Shown in pieces: positions 18,552-28,680 of a stretch of DNA of 64,000 nt (positions within the stretch are counted from its first letter, which is position 1; every line of letters starts with the position of its first letter). This stretch comes from Candidatus Bathyarchaeota archaeon. GTDB lineage: Archaea > Thermoproteota > Bathyarchaeia > Bathyarchaeales > Bathycorpusculaceae. The stretch is from contig OY969706.1 of assembly GCA_963702095.1 (NCBI GenBank), positions 352,001-416,000 of the forward strand, in the 5' to 3' direction. Below the pieces are notes generated by a model. The model ran no database searches, was not told where the DNA came from, and worked only from the letters and a program-made list of their open reading frames with translations. The position numbers and the translations under genes are program-made.

Positions 18552-19208
18552 TTAGGCCTCATATTCTGTTGGGTCAGCTACGCCTGCTTCAACAAACGCT
18601 TTTTTGCGGTTTACACAAGACTCGCATCTGCCACAGTGTTTGGCACCGTCAAGGTAGCATGACCACGTCAACTCGAAGGGCACACCCAGTTTGGCGCCCT
18701 CTTTGATTAGCTCTGACTTTTTACCGCCGCTAAAGGGTGCTTTGATGGTGATTTCTTGGCAGGTGCCCAGTCGGGCGGCTTTTTCGAAAGCTTCGTAGAA
18801 TTCTCGGCGGCAATCGGGGTAGAAGGGTTCGTCGCTGCCTTGTGCGCCGTAGAAGATGTGGGTTGCTTCTACGGTGACTGCGTATGCGACGGCTGCTGAG
18901 AGGAAGATGGCGTTGCGGAAGGGTACGATGATTGGGCTGCTGAACTCCGCTGTTAAGGGGATGTCGCGGTTGACCAGTGAGGTGGCGCCGCTGAAGATGT
19001 CTTTGAGGTTTGAGAGGTCGATGGTTTTTGTGGTTGTGCCAAGTGTTTGGGCGATTTTTTGGGCTGCCTCTGTTTCTTTGACGGCGATTTGGCCGTAGTT
19101 GAAGGTGATGGGGTAGATTTGGTAGCCATGATTTTTTGCCCAGTATGCGACGGTGGCTGAGTCTGGACCGCCGCTGAGCACTATGACGCATTTCATGTTT
19201 TGTCTCAT
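18552..19208 (-). CDS. queC: 7-cyano-7-deazaguanine (preQ0) synthase
   Basis: SGG.DS, VPFRN, YPDCR, TWSCY and CGRCESC motifs. Confidence 0.95.
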   Translation of the reverse strand: MRQNMKCVIVLSGGPDSATVAYWAKNHGYQIYPITFNYGQIAVKETEAAQKIAQTLGTTTKTIDLSNLKDIFSGATSLVNRDIPLTAEFSSPIIVPFRNAIFLSAAVAYAVTVEATHIFYGAQGSDEPFYPDCRREFYEAFEKAARLGTCQEITIKAPFSGGKKSELIKEGAKLGVPFELTWSCYLDGAKHCGRCESCVNRKKAFVEAGVADPTEYEA

Positions 19209-19726
19209 GGTTTTTTTGCTCCATAATTTGTTTGTGTTTCAAACCACCGTTGCAAGCCCGCTTTTTTCAGCAGCTTGAACAGTGGCCAACCGATCAGCAC
19301 GCTTGCGATTAGGTTTCCAGCCACGACGTATGCGATGCTAATTGGTAACGGTATGTTGTAGGGTGCGGATAACATCCAGCCTACAGTAGTGCCCAAGACC
19401 AATGAGTAAGCTACGCATGTGGCGAGTACAGAGTAGTCGTTGTGTGTTTTCTTGTAAACATAGTAGACGACAAACGCCATGACAAACGATGGTATAGTGT
19501 TAAGTAAGTCAATTACGCCAAGGGTTGAGAAAAGGTTGGCGATGAACACTCCTAAGGTGTGTCCCAAAACACCTGCTATACCCAGCAGGGGAACAGCAGC
19601 AACCATAGAATCTGCTATTCTGATATTGAGGGGTCCATAAGAGATGAATCCGAGGGCAACAACTAGTGCCACATACAATGCAGCATAAACTGCCATAAGA
19701 GCTATTTCTTTACTTCGTAGTTTCAA
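19205..19726 (-). CDS. queT: QueT-family (ECF S-component) deazaguanine precursor transporter
   Basis: A.YAALYV, ISYGP.N.RIAD, G..IAN..S..G..D; overlaps queC start. Confidence 0.85.
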   Translation of the reverse strand: MKLRSKEIALMAVYAALYVALVVALGFISYGPLNIRIADSMVAAVPLLGIAGVLGHTLGVFIANLFSTLGVIDLLNTIPSFVMAFVVYYVYKKTHNDYSVLATCVAYSLVLGTTVGWMLSAPYNIPLPISIAYVVAGNLIASVLIGWPLFKLLKKAGLQRWFETQTNYGAKKP

Positions 19727-19735
19727 ATGTTATTT

Positions 19736-19802
19736 GCCTCCCAACTCCGGGTTTTATATTATTTGGCGCAACGGGTGGGAAGCTCCACTCACGCGCCAGC
19801 TC
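19736..19802 (-). promoter_or_regulatory. Candidate riboswitch-like leader of queT-queC
   Basis: Hairpin UGGCGC..GUGG-AGCUUC-CCAC..GCGCCA, A-rich linker, then GGAGUU complementary to the loop, adjoining SD GGGAGG. Confidence 0.5.
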
Positions 19803-19970
19803 GCAGTAAACAGCAGAGTTGCCTAAAAACGTTTAGGAAAGCACTCTGGGAGTTGAGAGTCTTTTTAATGTTGGCGAAATATTAATTAGGCGCACAGAAA
19901 GATTACATGATGCATCTTCATCCAGTGGATGGCATTCCGCACAAACGGAGTTTTAAGGGAGCACAAAACT

Positions 19971-20615
19971 ATGTCACAAAATAATACAGCTAGCCAACTA
20001 GTCCTTAAAGGAACAACTACAATCGGCGTCGTCTGCAAAGACGGCGTAATCTTAGCTTCAGACACCCGCGTAACCATGGGCTTCTATGTGGCACATAAAT
20101 TCGGCAAAAAAGTCTACAAAATCGACGACCACATCGGCATGACCATAGCCGGCACAGTCGCCGACGCTCAACGCGTCGTAGACATCCTAATTGCTAACGC
20201 TCAGCTGTATAAAATCAACCTGAACCGCCCCATCCCCGTGGCTTCCGCTGCACGTTTAGTCGCCAACCTCCTGTTCTCAGCAAGATATGTTCCACTGGCA
20301 ACACAGGTTCTTGTCGGCGGCGTAGACAACACTGGACCCCACGTTTTCAACTTGGATCCATACGGCAGCTTAAACGAAGAAAAAATGATCTCCACCGGCA
20401 GCGGTTCACCCATCGCGCTTGGTGTACTTGAAGACAAGTACCGCGAGGGTATGACCATCCAGGAAACTTTGCCCACTATCGCCAGAGCGGTGAATGCCGC
20501 CATGAAACGTGACGTAGCAAGCGGCAACAGCTACAATATCATCGTCATCGACGAGCATGGTTACAAAGAGTTGTCTGAAGAGGAAAAAGCTAAACTGCTC
20601 AAAGCAGGAAGTTAG
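19971..20615 (+). CDS. psmB: Proteasome subunit beta
   Basis: Propeptide cleavage site LKG/TTT, GSGS, RD.ASG; probable start ATG 19971. Confidence 0.95.
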   Translation: MSQNNTASQLVLKGTTTIGVVCKDGVILASDTRVTMGFYVAHKFGKKVYKIDDHIGMTIAGTVADAQRVVDILIANAQLYKINLNRPIPVASAARLVANLLFSARYVPLATQVLVGGVDNTGPHVFNLDPYGSLNEEKMISTGSGSPIALGVLEDKYREGMTIQETLPTIARAVNAAMKRDVASGNSYNIIVIDEHGYKELSEEEKAKLLKAGS

Positions 20616-20618
20616 ACA

Positions 20619-22544
20619 GTGGCAAGAACACAAGAGAAAGACAGAGATAAAATAGAAATCAGCCAATATATTCTTCAAAAAGTTCCCCGCGAAGCAGAAG
20701 TCACCCGCATCGAATACGAGGGACCGATGCTTGCGGTTTACACTAAAAGACCAGAGATTTTGGTTGACCAAAGCAGCATCGTAGCGGAGATAGTCGGCGT
20801 CATCCGAAAAAGAATCGTTATCAGACCAGACCCATCCGTGCGTATACCTGAAGCTGAAGCAGAAAAAATTACTCGCGAACTCATCTCGCCAGAAGCCGAA
20901 ATCACCGACATCAACTTCGACCCAAGCCTAGGCGAAATCATCATCGAAACCAAAAAGCCGGGTTTAGTCATCGGCAGAAACGGCGCTGTCCTCCAAGAAA
21001 TCATAAAGAAAACCAAGTGGCGCCCCCACGTACTTAGGAGCCCACCCATCAAATCCAAAATAGTCACTCACATGCGTCACTACCTCCACTCAGAGAGCAA
21101 AGAGCGGGAACGCATCTTGCGCACTGTGGGCGAACGTATTTTCCGACCGAAAACCTACGATGTCGGAGACATCCGTATGACCGTTCTTGGCGGCGCTCAA
21201 GAAGTGGGGCGCTCAGCTTTCCTAGTTAAAACCCGTGAAAGCAGCGTTCTTTTGGACTGCGGTATCCACCCGGGCTCTAATCGACCCTTCGAGTCTTTTC
21301 CACGGTTTGACTCGCCCGAATTCGAAATTGACTCGCTTGACGCTGTCATCATTAGCCATGCGCACCTTGACCACTGCGGTTTGGTGCCGTTCCTCTACAA
21401 ATATGGTTACGACGGTCCAGTCTACTGTTCAGCGCCAACATCCAACTTGATGACGATGCTACAGCTTGACTACTTGGACGTAGCCAACAAACAAGGCGTC
21501 ACGCCGCATTACGATCAAAAAGACGTCCGCGAATGCGTCTTGCATACTATACCTCTCCGCTTTGGTGTAGTCACCGACATTGCACCAGACATCCGCTTAA
21601 CCCTGCATAACTCAGGTCACATCCTAGGCGGCGCCATGGTGCACCTCCACATAGGCGAAGGTCTACACAACATAGTCTACACCAGCGACTACAAATTCGG
21701 CAGAACCATGCTGCTTGAAGCCGCAGCCACAGAGTTCCCCCGCATCGAAACAGTCATCACCGAGAGCACCTACAGTGGACCCGACGACATCGTGCCCAGC
21801 CGTGTAGAAGCCGAAGAAGCACTCACAAGAGTCATAAACCAAACACTTGAACGCAAAGGCAAAGTCCTCATCCCAGTTCCCGCTGTTGGACGTGCACAGG
21901 AAATCATGCTTGTCATCGACGGCTACATGAAACGCGGCGCCCTCAAAGAGGCACCTGTCTTCCTTGAAGGCATGATCAGCGAAGCCACAGCCATACACAC
22001 TGCATACCCCGAGTACTTAGGCAGAGAAGTACGCCACAGCATACTCCACGAAGAAGTCAACCCCTTCCAAAGCGACTACTTCACTATCGTCGACCACCCC
22101 AGCCAACGCGCAAGCATAATGGAAGGCGAACCCTGCATCGTATTAGCCACAAGCGGCATGCTTGAAGGCGGACCAGTCATCGAGTACTTCAAAAACTGGG
22201 CATCCGACGAACGCAATCAAATCATATTCGTAAGCTACCAAATCGAAGGCACCATGGGCAGACGCGTGCAAAAAGGCGTCGGCGAAGTCACCATGATGGA
22301 TAACGAAGGTAAAATGGCTGCAATTAGCATCAAAATGGGTATCCAAACCATCGAAGGTTTCTCAGGTCACAGTGACCGCCGCCAACTAGTCAACTACCTA
22401 ACTCACCTGACACCGAAACCTGAACGCATCTTCGTAGTCCACGGCGAAAAACAGAAAACCCTCAACTTCGGCCACTTCTTAGACCAAAAAGCAGGCATAA
22501 ACACGGTGGTTCCAGCGACACTGGAAACCTTTAGGCTGTTGTAG
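20619..22544 (+). CDS. fttA: aCPSF1 beta-CASP ribonuclease / transcription termination factor
   Basis: N-terminal KH domains (KPGLVIG), SHAHLDH, GFSGHSD, HGE; conserved psmB-aCPSF1 pairing. Confidence 0.95.
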   Translation: MARTQEKDRDKIEISQYILQKVPREAEVTRIEYEGPMLAVYTKRPEILVDQSSIVAEIVGVIRKRIVIRPDPSVRIPEAEAEKITRELISPEAEITDINFDPSLGEIIIETKKPGLVIGRNGAVLQEIIKKTKWRPHVLRSPPIKSKIVTHMRHYLHSESKERERILRTVGERIFRPKTYDVGDIRMTVLGGAQEVGRSAFLVKTRESSVLLDCGIHPGSNRPFESFPRFDSPEFEIDSLDAVIISHAHLDHCGLVPFLYKYGYDGPVYCSAPTSNLMTMLQLDYLDVANKQGVTPHYDQKDVRECVLHTIPLRFGVVTDIAPDIRLTLHNSGHILGGAMVHLHIGEGLHNIVYTSDYKFGRTMLLEAAATEFPRIETVITESTYSGPDDIVPSRVEAEEALTRVINQTLERKGKVLIPVPAVGRAQEIMLVIDGYMKRGALKEAPVFLEGMISEATAIHTAYPEYLGREVRHSILHEEVNPFQSDYFTIVDHPSQRASIMEGEPCIVLATSGMLEGGPVIEYFKNWASDERNQIIFVSYQIEGTMGRRVQKGVGEVTMMDNEGKMAAISIKMGIQTIEGFSGHSDRRQLVNYLTHLTPKPERIFVVHGEKQKTLNFGHFLDQKAGINTVVPATLETFRLL

Positions 22545-23100
22545 GCAAAGGTTCACTGCCACTTTTTACTGGCGCCGGAGTTTTCTCCCGCCAAATCCTA
22601 ACACTTTTCGGACAAATAACCACGCGTTCCTCGCCTAAACGTGCGATGTCTCCGCCTGTTTCTTCAGCAAACTGGAACAAGTCATTAACGGCGGTTTTTA
22701 CATCCTCAATGCTTTTGGTGGCAAGAGGCGTTATGCGTAGAATTATGATGTTGCCTTCTTTGACTTCAGCTTTAACTTTCTCTACGTCGGAGAGTTCTTT
22801 GAGGGGCATCGCTTTTAGGTAGGTTTTGCTGTTTGTCGTTTCAGCTTTAATTTCTTGTTTCTCTTCAACTGGTGGCGTAACGGTTGGCTCCTCCTGCGGT
22901 GACGCTTGGGGAACAGACGGGGCTTCCTGCGGTTGGCTTTCCTCAGTGGTAATCATTTCAGCGGCAGCTACGGGTTCCTCAACAGTGGCAGGTTCGGGCG
23001 CAGGTTGGTCGGACACTGTTTGTTGCGATGTTTCTTGAGAAGGTACAGCTGACGCTTCGGATTCTACCTGTTTCTTTTTGTGGAATAGATTCAACGGCAT
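22531..23100 (-). CDS. sepF: Cell division protein SepF with acidic N-terminal linker
   Basis: C-terminal GNIIIL.I.PL ... GGDIARLG...V.ICP. Confidence 0.8.
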   Translation of the reverse strand: MPLNLFHKKKQVESEASAVPSQETSQQTVSDQPAPEPATVEEPVAAAEMITTEESQPQEAPSVPQASPQEEPTVTPPVEEKQEIKAETTNSKTYLKAMPLKELSDVEKVKAEVKEGNIIILRITPLATKSIEDVKTAVNDLFQFAEETGGDIARLGEERVVICPKSVRIWREKTPAPVKSGSEPLPTTA

Positions 23101-23344
23101 TTTACTCTCAACCTTATGTATTCTAGGTTGTACAGTTAAGCGTTTCTTTACTGCTGCTTTCTAGACGCTTATTTAATGTTAGATTTGCTGACCACCAATA
23201 TTTGATTTGCGTTTCACAACTCAACTTGAAACTTGCTTTCAACAGGTTTAAGGTAGTTTCTAGCGGTTTTTGAGGCGGTTAAGCAAGAAAAGTTGGAGCC
23301 CCCGTTGCGCGATGGAGTTGACTGCCAGATTGGATGAGGGTGTT

Positions 23345-23716
23345 TCATGAGAGTAAGACCAAGAAGTTATTGGTGATGACTATAGCTAAAAACAGGATTA
23401 CGCCTGCATAAGCGACTTTCGTAAACAAGTTGGAGTAGTGATAGCTTTTACTCGTTTTATCTTGGGTTTGATTGAGCATTCTCCTCGCAACTATGTAGGT
23501 GATTCCGATGAAGAATGTCGCCGCAAGCTTGAGGACCACAAACGCAAAAATGTTTGTATGGACTATGCCCGCTAAGAATGGGTTAAGTTCGCTTGCTCCA
23601 TAATGGAGAACGCCAATAATTGTGGTTAATGCGTCAATTGACCCCATCACTATCAACATAATACTGGGCAGCATTACTGCTCTAAAGTGGTACATGGCCT
23701 TTCTCCTTTCTCCCAA
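23345..23716 (-). CDS. Membrane protein (DUF5658-like)
   Basis: D.LTT..G...GA.ELNP motif, 3 TM helices. Confidence 0.7.
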   Translation of the reverse strand: MGERRKAMYHFRAVMLPSIMLIVMGSIDALTTIIGVLHYGASELNPFLAGIVHTNIFAFVVLKLAATFFIGITYIVARRMLNQTQDKTSKSYHYSNLFTKVAYAGVILFLAIVITNNFLVLLS

Positions 23717-23927
23717 ATTTTAATTCGTTGGCTTATCTTAATAAGGACATTCCCAAAATCGATATATCAAAAACAAAAACATTCGTCGGCTGGCTTTCTT
23801 AGGCGCTGTTGCCTTTTTACCTGTTACTGCAATAGTGTTTAACGATTTAACCCATAAACGTTATCAATATTAACAAGCAACAGTGAATTTAACTAAATTT
23901 TAAATACCACTTCTATAGTTAAACAGA

Positions 23928-24122
23928 TTGGGGATACCTATACCGGCAGAATTTGAAATTAGAAATACAGTTGATGGACGATTCTACTGGCGATTTAAGG
24001 CAATTAACGGTGAAATCGTCGCCGTTAGCGAAGTGTATGAATCAAAGCAGGGCTGCAAGTCGGGTATAGACTCGATTATGAGTAACGCAGTTTTTGCTCT
24101 TATTCGAGATCAAACTCTTTAA
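23928..24122 (+). CDS. YegP/DUF1508-family small protein
   Basis: FYWRFKA.NGEIVA.SE.Y.SK..C..GI.SI. Confidence 0.8.
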   Translation: MGIPIPAEFEIRNTVDGRFYWRFKAINGEIVAVSEVYESKQGCKSGIDSIMSNAVFALIRDQTL

Positions 24123-24244
24123 CCACTTCTTTTTTCTGAGAAGCTAAGACTTGAAGCTAACAGTTATCTTTGGTTAAAAGATGACTTTACCTGCGCATAA
24201 GCCTTATATTTTTAAAGTTAACCTCTTTTGCTGAAGGGTTACCT

Positions 24245-25315
24245 ATGCATAAAAGACTCCTAATCCCGGGCCCCACAGAAGTAAGTAAAGAAGTGCTTGA
24301 AGAACAAGCTCACTACCTAATCGGTCATAGAGAAAAAGAGTTCTCCGAGTTATACGGCGGAATAACAGATAAAATCGCCAAATACTTCCAATTACCCGCC
24401 GACTACAAACCGACTGTCACCACTGGTTCAGGAACCCTATGGTTTGACATAATCGGCAGAAGCGTAGTTAAGGAACGTGCGCTCGCATGCGTCAACGGCG
24501 CCTTCAGTCAGCGATGCGCTCAAACACTTACCTCATGCGGCAAACAAACCGACATCTTAGAAGTCGAGATGGGCAAGCCAATTAAACCAGAAATGGTCGC
24601 ACAGAAACTTGCCAGCGGCAAATATGACACCTTAACCGTTTGCCACAACGAAACCAGTACAGGCGTCCGCAGCCCAATCGCTGAAATCGGCAAAATGGTC
24701 AAAAAAGAGTACCCCGACGTCATCTTTGCAGTGGACGCTGTTTCGTCGATGGCAGGCGATAAAACCCTTCCCCACGAAATGAACTGCGATATCGTTTTTG
24801 GGTCGACACAGAAATGCTTTGCCCTTCCACCCGGCTTAGCTATAGGGCTCGTAAGTGACCGTGCCGTCGAAAGAGCCAAAACCGTGCCGAACAGAGGCGC
24901 CTATACTGACTTAGTTGACATATTCGAGTTTGAAAAGAAACACCAGACCCCTTTCACACCTAACGTTTCATTGCTTTATGCATTAAACAAACGCATGGAT
25001 TTGCTCCTCGCCGAAACATACGACAAAGTTTACCAGCGACATCTAGACATGGCAAACTATACTCAGGCGTGGGCAAAGAAGCACTTTAGTATGTTCCCAG
25101 AGCCAGGCTACGAATCCATAACGGTCAGTTGTATAAACAGCAATGGCAAAGACGTCAAAGCAATGAACAACACACTCGGTGAAAGAGGCTACTTGATCTC
25201 TGCTGGCTACGGAAAACTAAAAGAAAAAACCTTCCGTATCGGCCACATGGGCGAATGGAACCTCGATGGCATCAAAGACGTACTCGCCAATATAGACGAC
25301 GTTTGGGGCTTGTAA
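24245..25315 (+). CDS. Class V PLP aminotransferase (serine-pyruvate / archaeal phosphoserine aminotransferase-like)
   Basis: IPGPT, HNETSTG, VDAVSS, STQK (PLP Lys), FRIGHMG. Confidence 0.88.
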   Translation: MHKRLLIPGPTEVSKEVLEEQAHYLIGHREKEFSELYGGITDKIAKYFQLPADYKPTVTTGSGTLWFDIIGRSVVKERALACVNGAFSQRCAQTLTSCGKQTDILEVEMGKPIKPEMVAQKLASGKYDTLTVCHNETSTGVRSPIAEIGKMVKKEYPDVIFAVDAVSSMAGDKTLPHEMNCDIVFGSTQKCFALPPGLAIGLVSDRAVERAKTVPNRGAYTDLVDIFEFEKKHQTPFTPNVSLLYALNKRMDLLLAETYDKVYQRHLDMANYTQAWAKKHFSMFPEPGYESITVSCINSNGKDVKAMNNTLGERGYLISAGYGKLKEKTFRIGHMGEWNLDGIKDVLANIDDVWGL

Positions 25316-26218
25316 TTGACCATTAAAATCCTTGTTAGCGACAAAATCGCTGACGAAGGCTTAAGAATCCTTGAAGACCAAGGTTATCAGGTTACCCGGG
25401 GATGGGATATACCTAAACCCGATTTGCCCAAAGTGATCTGTGAATACGACGTCTTAATTGTGCGGAGCGCCACCAAAGTTAAGGGTGAACTGCTTGATAA
25501 CGCCAAAAAACTCAAAGTTATCGGCAGAGCAGGCGAAGGCTTAGACAACGTGGATTTTGAACGTGCCAAACAACTTGGAATCACCTTGGTTAACACGCCT
25601 CATGTTTCCTATGTCAGTGTCTCAGAACTCAGCATAGGACACATGATTGCGCTTGCACGCAACATCGTCCAAAGCACACTCTCCATGCGTGAGGGTAAAT
25701 GGGAAAAAGACAAGCTTATGGGCACCGAACTCAACGGCAAAACGCTGGGCGTTATCGGCTGCGGCTTCATCGGCAAAGACGTCGAGCGGCTGGCTTTGGC
25801 GTTGGGCATGAAAGTCATCGTTGTAGAAGAATGCGTCTTTGACCGTTTTGTGCCCCTCGGCGACATGCTGCCTAAGGCAGACTTCATCACAATTCATGTG
25901 CCTCTAACGACTAAGACAAAACATATGATTTCAACCAAAGAGTTCAACCTCATGAAAAAAGGCGTGTACATTATCGACTGCTCACGGGGCGGCGTAATCG
26001 ATCAGGCTGCCCTCTACCAAGCACTCTTAAGCGGCAAAGTTGCGGGTGCCGCACTTGATGTTTTCGAGGAGGAGCCGCCTAAAGACCGCAGGCTTTTCGC
26101 CCTCAGCAATGTCATAGCTACACCTCACATGGGTGCTCAAACACATGAAGCGCAACATAGAGCAAGCATACAAATAGCCAATAACGTTATAGATGCGCTT
26201 GAAAAACTCAACCTCTGA
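25316..26218 (+). CDS. serA: D-3-phosphoglycerate dehydrogenase-like 2-hydroxyacid dehydrogenase, no ACT domain
   Basis: VRS.TKV, RAG.GLDNVD, GCG.IG, ALDVF..EP, TPH.GAQT. Confidence 0.8.
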   Translation: MTIKILVSDKIADEGLRILEDQGYQVTRGWDIPKPDLPKVICEYDVLIVRSATKVKGELLDNAKKLKVIGRAGEGLDNVDFERAKQLGITLVNTPHVSYVSVSELSIGHMIALARNIVQSTLSMREGKWEKDKLMGTELNGKTLGVIGCGFIGKDVERLALALGMKVIVVEECVFDRFVPLGDMLPKADFITIHVPLTTKTKHMISTKEFNLMKKGVYIIDCSRGGVIDQAALYQALLSGKVAGAALDVFEEEPPKDRRLFALSNVIATPHMGAQTHEAQHRASIQIANNVIDALEKLNL

Positions 26219-26230
26219 AGCTGAAAGCGC

Positions 26231-27508
26231 ATGGTAGACGTCAGACCCTTCAAAGCCCTAACTTACACGCCAAAAGCCGGCAAAACAGAAAACCTCATCA
26301 CACAGCCCTATGACAAAATCGACGTTGCCGCCCAGAAACGCTACTATGACCTTTCACCCTACAATTTTTGCCGCTTAATTCTGCCCCTTGAAGAAGACAA
26401 ATACCGTGTCGCCAAAGAACGCATCGACATGTGGCAAAGAGAAGGCGTTATGACCAAAGAAGCCCAACCCGCCATCTACGTTTCCCGCCAAACGTTTAGC
26501 TTAGAAGGCAAACGCTACTCCCGCACAGGCTTAATCGCGGCGCTACGGCTCTATCCCTACAATGAAAACATGGTTTACCCTCATGAACGCACCTACAAAG
26601 CCCCCAAAGCCGACCGCTTAAACATGCTGCGAACGGTCCAGAAGGATTTGGAACCTGTGTTTTTGATGTATCAAGACCCAGAAGCCCAGACTATCCGTTT
26701 TATGGATGAAGTCGCAAAAACCAAGCCGCAGATTGAGGTTACAGATGCCTTGGGGGTTCATCATTGGCTTTGGAAGGTGTCTGACCCACAGAAAATCCGT
26801 CAAATCCAAGCAGTTTTGGCGCCAAAAGCGATGGTTATCAACGACGGTCACCACCGCTACGAAAGTGCATTGGCGTACCGCGACGAAATGCGTGCAAAGG
26901 GCGTTTGGAGCGAGGATTCCGGGTTTAACTTTCACATGTGCTACATGGTGCCTGTGCAGGAAGAAGGATTGGTTGTGTTGCCCACTCATCGACTGCTAAA
27001 AAACTGCAAGTTAACCCCCGAAGTTCTTGGCAGTCTCAACTGCTTCTTTGACGTATTTGAAATCCCAGCGACGGTGGATGCCCTCGAAGGTTTCTTGGGC
27101 AGGCATGTCGGTGAACATGCTTTCTGTGTTTATGACGGTAAAAAAGCCTTTGGATTAACCCTAAAACACGACAAAGCTGTCTACGACTTCATAAACACCC
27201 ATGTGTCGAGGGAAACCAAGGTTTTCGATGTTGTGATTCTCCGTGACATCGTTTTTAAGCAGGTTTTGAAAACTGGAGAGTTGAATTTGGATGACACGAT
27301 TCTCTATGAACGTTGGGCTAAAGACGCAATGGCTAAAGTTGATCAGGGAGAAGCGTCTGTGGCGTTTTTGGTGAATCCGATTCCGGCGAAGACCGTGGCG
27401 GAGATTGCATTGCAACATGAGCTTTTGCCCGAGAAAAGCACTGATTTTTACCCTAAAATGGTGTCTGGCTTGGTGCTTATGGATATTTCTGCCGACGAAA
27501 AGCTCTAG
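26231..27508 (+). CDS. DUF1015 family protein
   Basis: PYD, PHE.T, DR, DGHHRY, PTHR and KST.FYPK motifs. Confidence 0.85.
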   Translation: MVDVRPFKALTYTPKAGKTENLITQPYDKIDVAAQKRYYDLSPYNFCRLILPLEEDKYRVAKERIDMWQREGVMTKEAQPAIYVSRQTFSLEGKRYSRTGLIAALRLYPYNENMVYPHERTYKAPKADRLNMLRTVQKDLEPVFLMYQDPEAQTIRFMDEVAKTKPQIEVTDALGVHHWLWKVSDPQKIRQIQAVLAPKAMVINDGHHRYESALAYRDEMRAKGVWSEDSGFNFHMCYMVPVQEEGLVVLPTHRLLKNCKLTPEVLGSLNCFFDVFEIPATVDALEGFLGRHVGEHAFCVYDGKKAFGLTLKHDKAVYDFINTHVSRETKVFDVVILRDIVFKQVLKTGELNLDDTILYERWAKDAMAKVDQGEASVAFLVNPIPAKTVAEIALQHELLPEKSTDFYPKMVSGLVLMDISADEKL

Positions 27509-27600
27509 GCCGCAATTGAGTTAGCGATTATTTGATGCAAAGTATTATTTAGCCCTACCTTGAATAGGGTTTAACATGACAAAGAGAGGAGAATCTCGGT

Positions 27601-28329
27601 ATGACTGAAGTGGAGAAACCAGCATCTGTACCAGAATCCATCAAACCAACAACCCGGTATCTTGCCGAACTCATCGGAACCATGGTTTTAGTGTTGATAG
27701 GCTGCGGCAGCGCAGTAATTGCAGGCGGTTACACGGGGGTAGGCTATGCTTACCTAAGCATTGCTTTTGCCTTCGGCTTAGCTGTGTTAGTGATGGTTTA
27801 TGCCATCGGCGGAATTTCAGGTTGCCACATAAACCCTGCAATCACGGTTTCTATGTTGGTTGCCAAAAAAATAGGCGTTAAAGACGCTGCATTCTACATT
27901 GTCTTCCAATGCATCGGCGCAGTGATTGGCGCAGGCATACTCTATGCAATCGCAGTGGGCACTCCGATTTTCAACATCAACGTAACAGGCTTAGGCCAAA
28001 ACGGCTACGGCAGCGCTTCTATGGCTAATTACAATCTGCTCTCAGCTTTGATCTCTGAGATTGTGTTAAGCTTCATCTTCATATTGGTTGTGCATGGCGC
28101 AACGCATCAACGTGTGCCCAAGGGCTTCGCAGGATTAGCCATCGGCTTGTCATTGACCATGGTTCACATAATAGGCATACCCATCACGGGAACATCGGTT
28201 AACCCCGCGAGAAGTCTGGGTCCAGCGGTTTTTGTGGGCGGATTGGCGCTGGAGCAGCTGTGGTTGTTCTTGGTTGCCCCCATCATAGGTGGCATCATAG
28301 CTGCGTTGGTGTGGAGAGCCTTCAAATAA
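27601..28329 (+). CDS. MIP family aquaporin
   Basis: ISGCHINPA and SVNPARS. Confidence 0.93.
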   Translation: MTEVEKPASVPESIKPTTRYLAELIGTMVLVLIGCGSAVIAGGYTGVGYAYLSIAFAFGLAVLVMVYAIGGISGCHINPAITVSMLVAKKIGVKDAAFYIVFQCIGAVIGAGILYAIAVGTPIFNINVTGLGQNGYGSASMANYNLLSALISEIVLSFIFILVVHGATHQRVPKGFAGLAIGLSLTMVHIIGIPITGTSVNPARSLGPAVFVGGLALEQLWLFLVAPIIGGIIAALVWRAFK

Positions 28330-28360
28330 AAAACTGAAAATTTAAAATCCTTTTTCTTTT

Positions 28361-28507
28361 TTATTTCACGAATTTTGTAGGTTGACGCTTGAAACGCTTC
28401 TTGCACACTAAACTGCAGAAATGGTAAGTTTCGCCATCATAAGAAATCTTAAACTTCGCAGTGTTCTCGTCGAGAACTGCTCCGCAAACTGGGTCTCTCA
28501 TCGACAT
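28361..28507 (-). CDS. YHS/TRASH metal-binding domain protein
   Basis: DPVCG...Y.FCS..C..F...P. Confidence 0.8.
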   Translation of the reverse strand: MSMRDPVCGAVLDENTAKFKISYDGETYHFCSLVCKKRFKRQPTKFVK

Positions 28508-28680
28508 TGGTAGTGTTATAGCCTCAGTGCACAAATCGCTGTTCACGCATTTATGGTTAGTGGTGCCCGCCGAGTGAATTGACCTTTTTTTCTTTGGCGG
28601 TTTTGTGGAAAAACGGTTTTTTGGGCAGTTTTCGTGGGTTTAACCTCAGATTGGTTGATGCTTCTGTATACAGCGAGGCT

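Noticed and set aside
23300-23340. GCGATGGAGTT...GATGA resembling a fluoride riboswitch 5' motif
   Set aside because: The pseudoknot partner (ACUCC) is missing, and there is no downstream gene on this strand.
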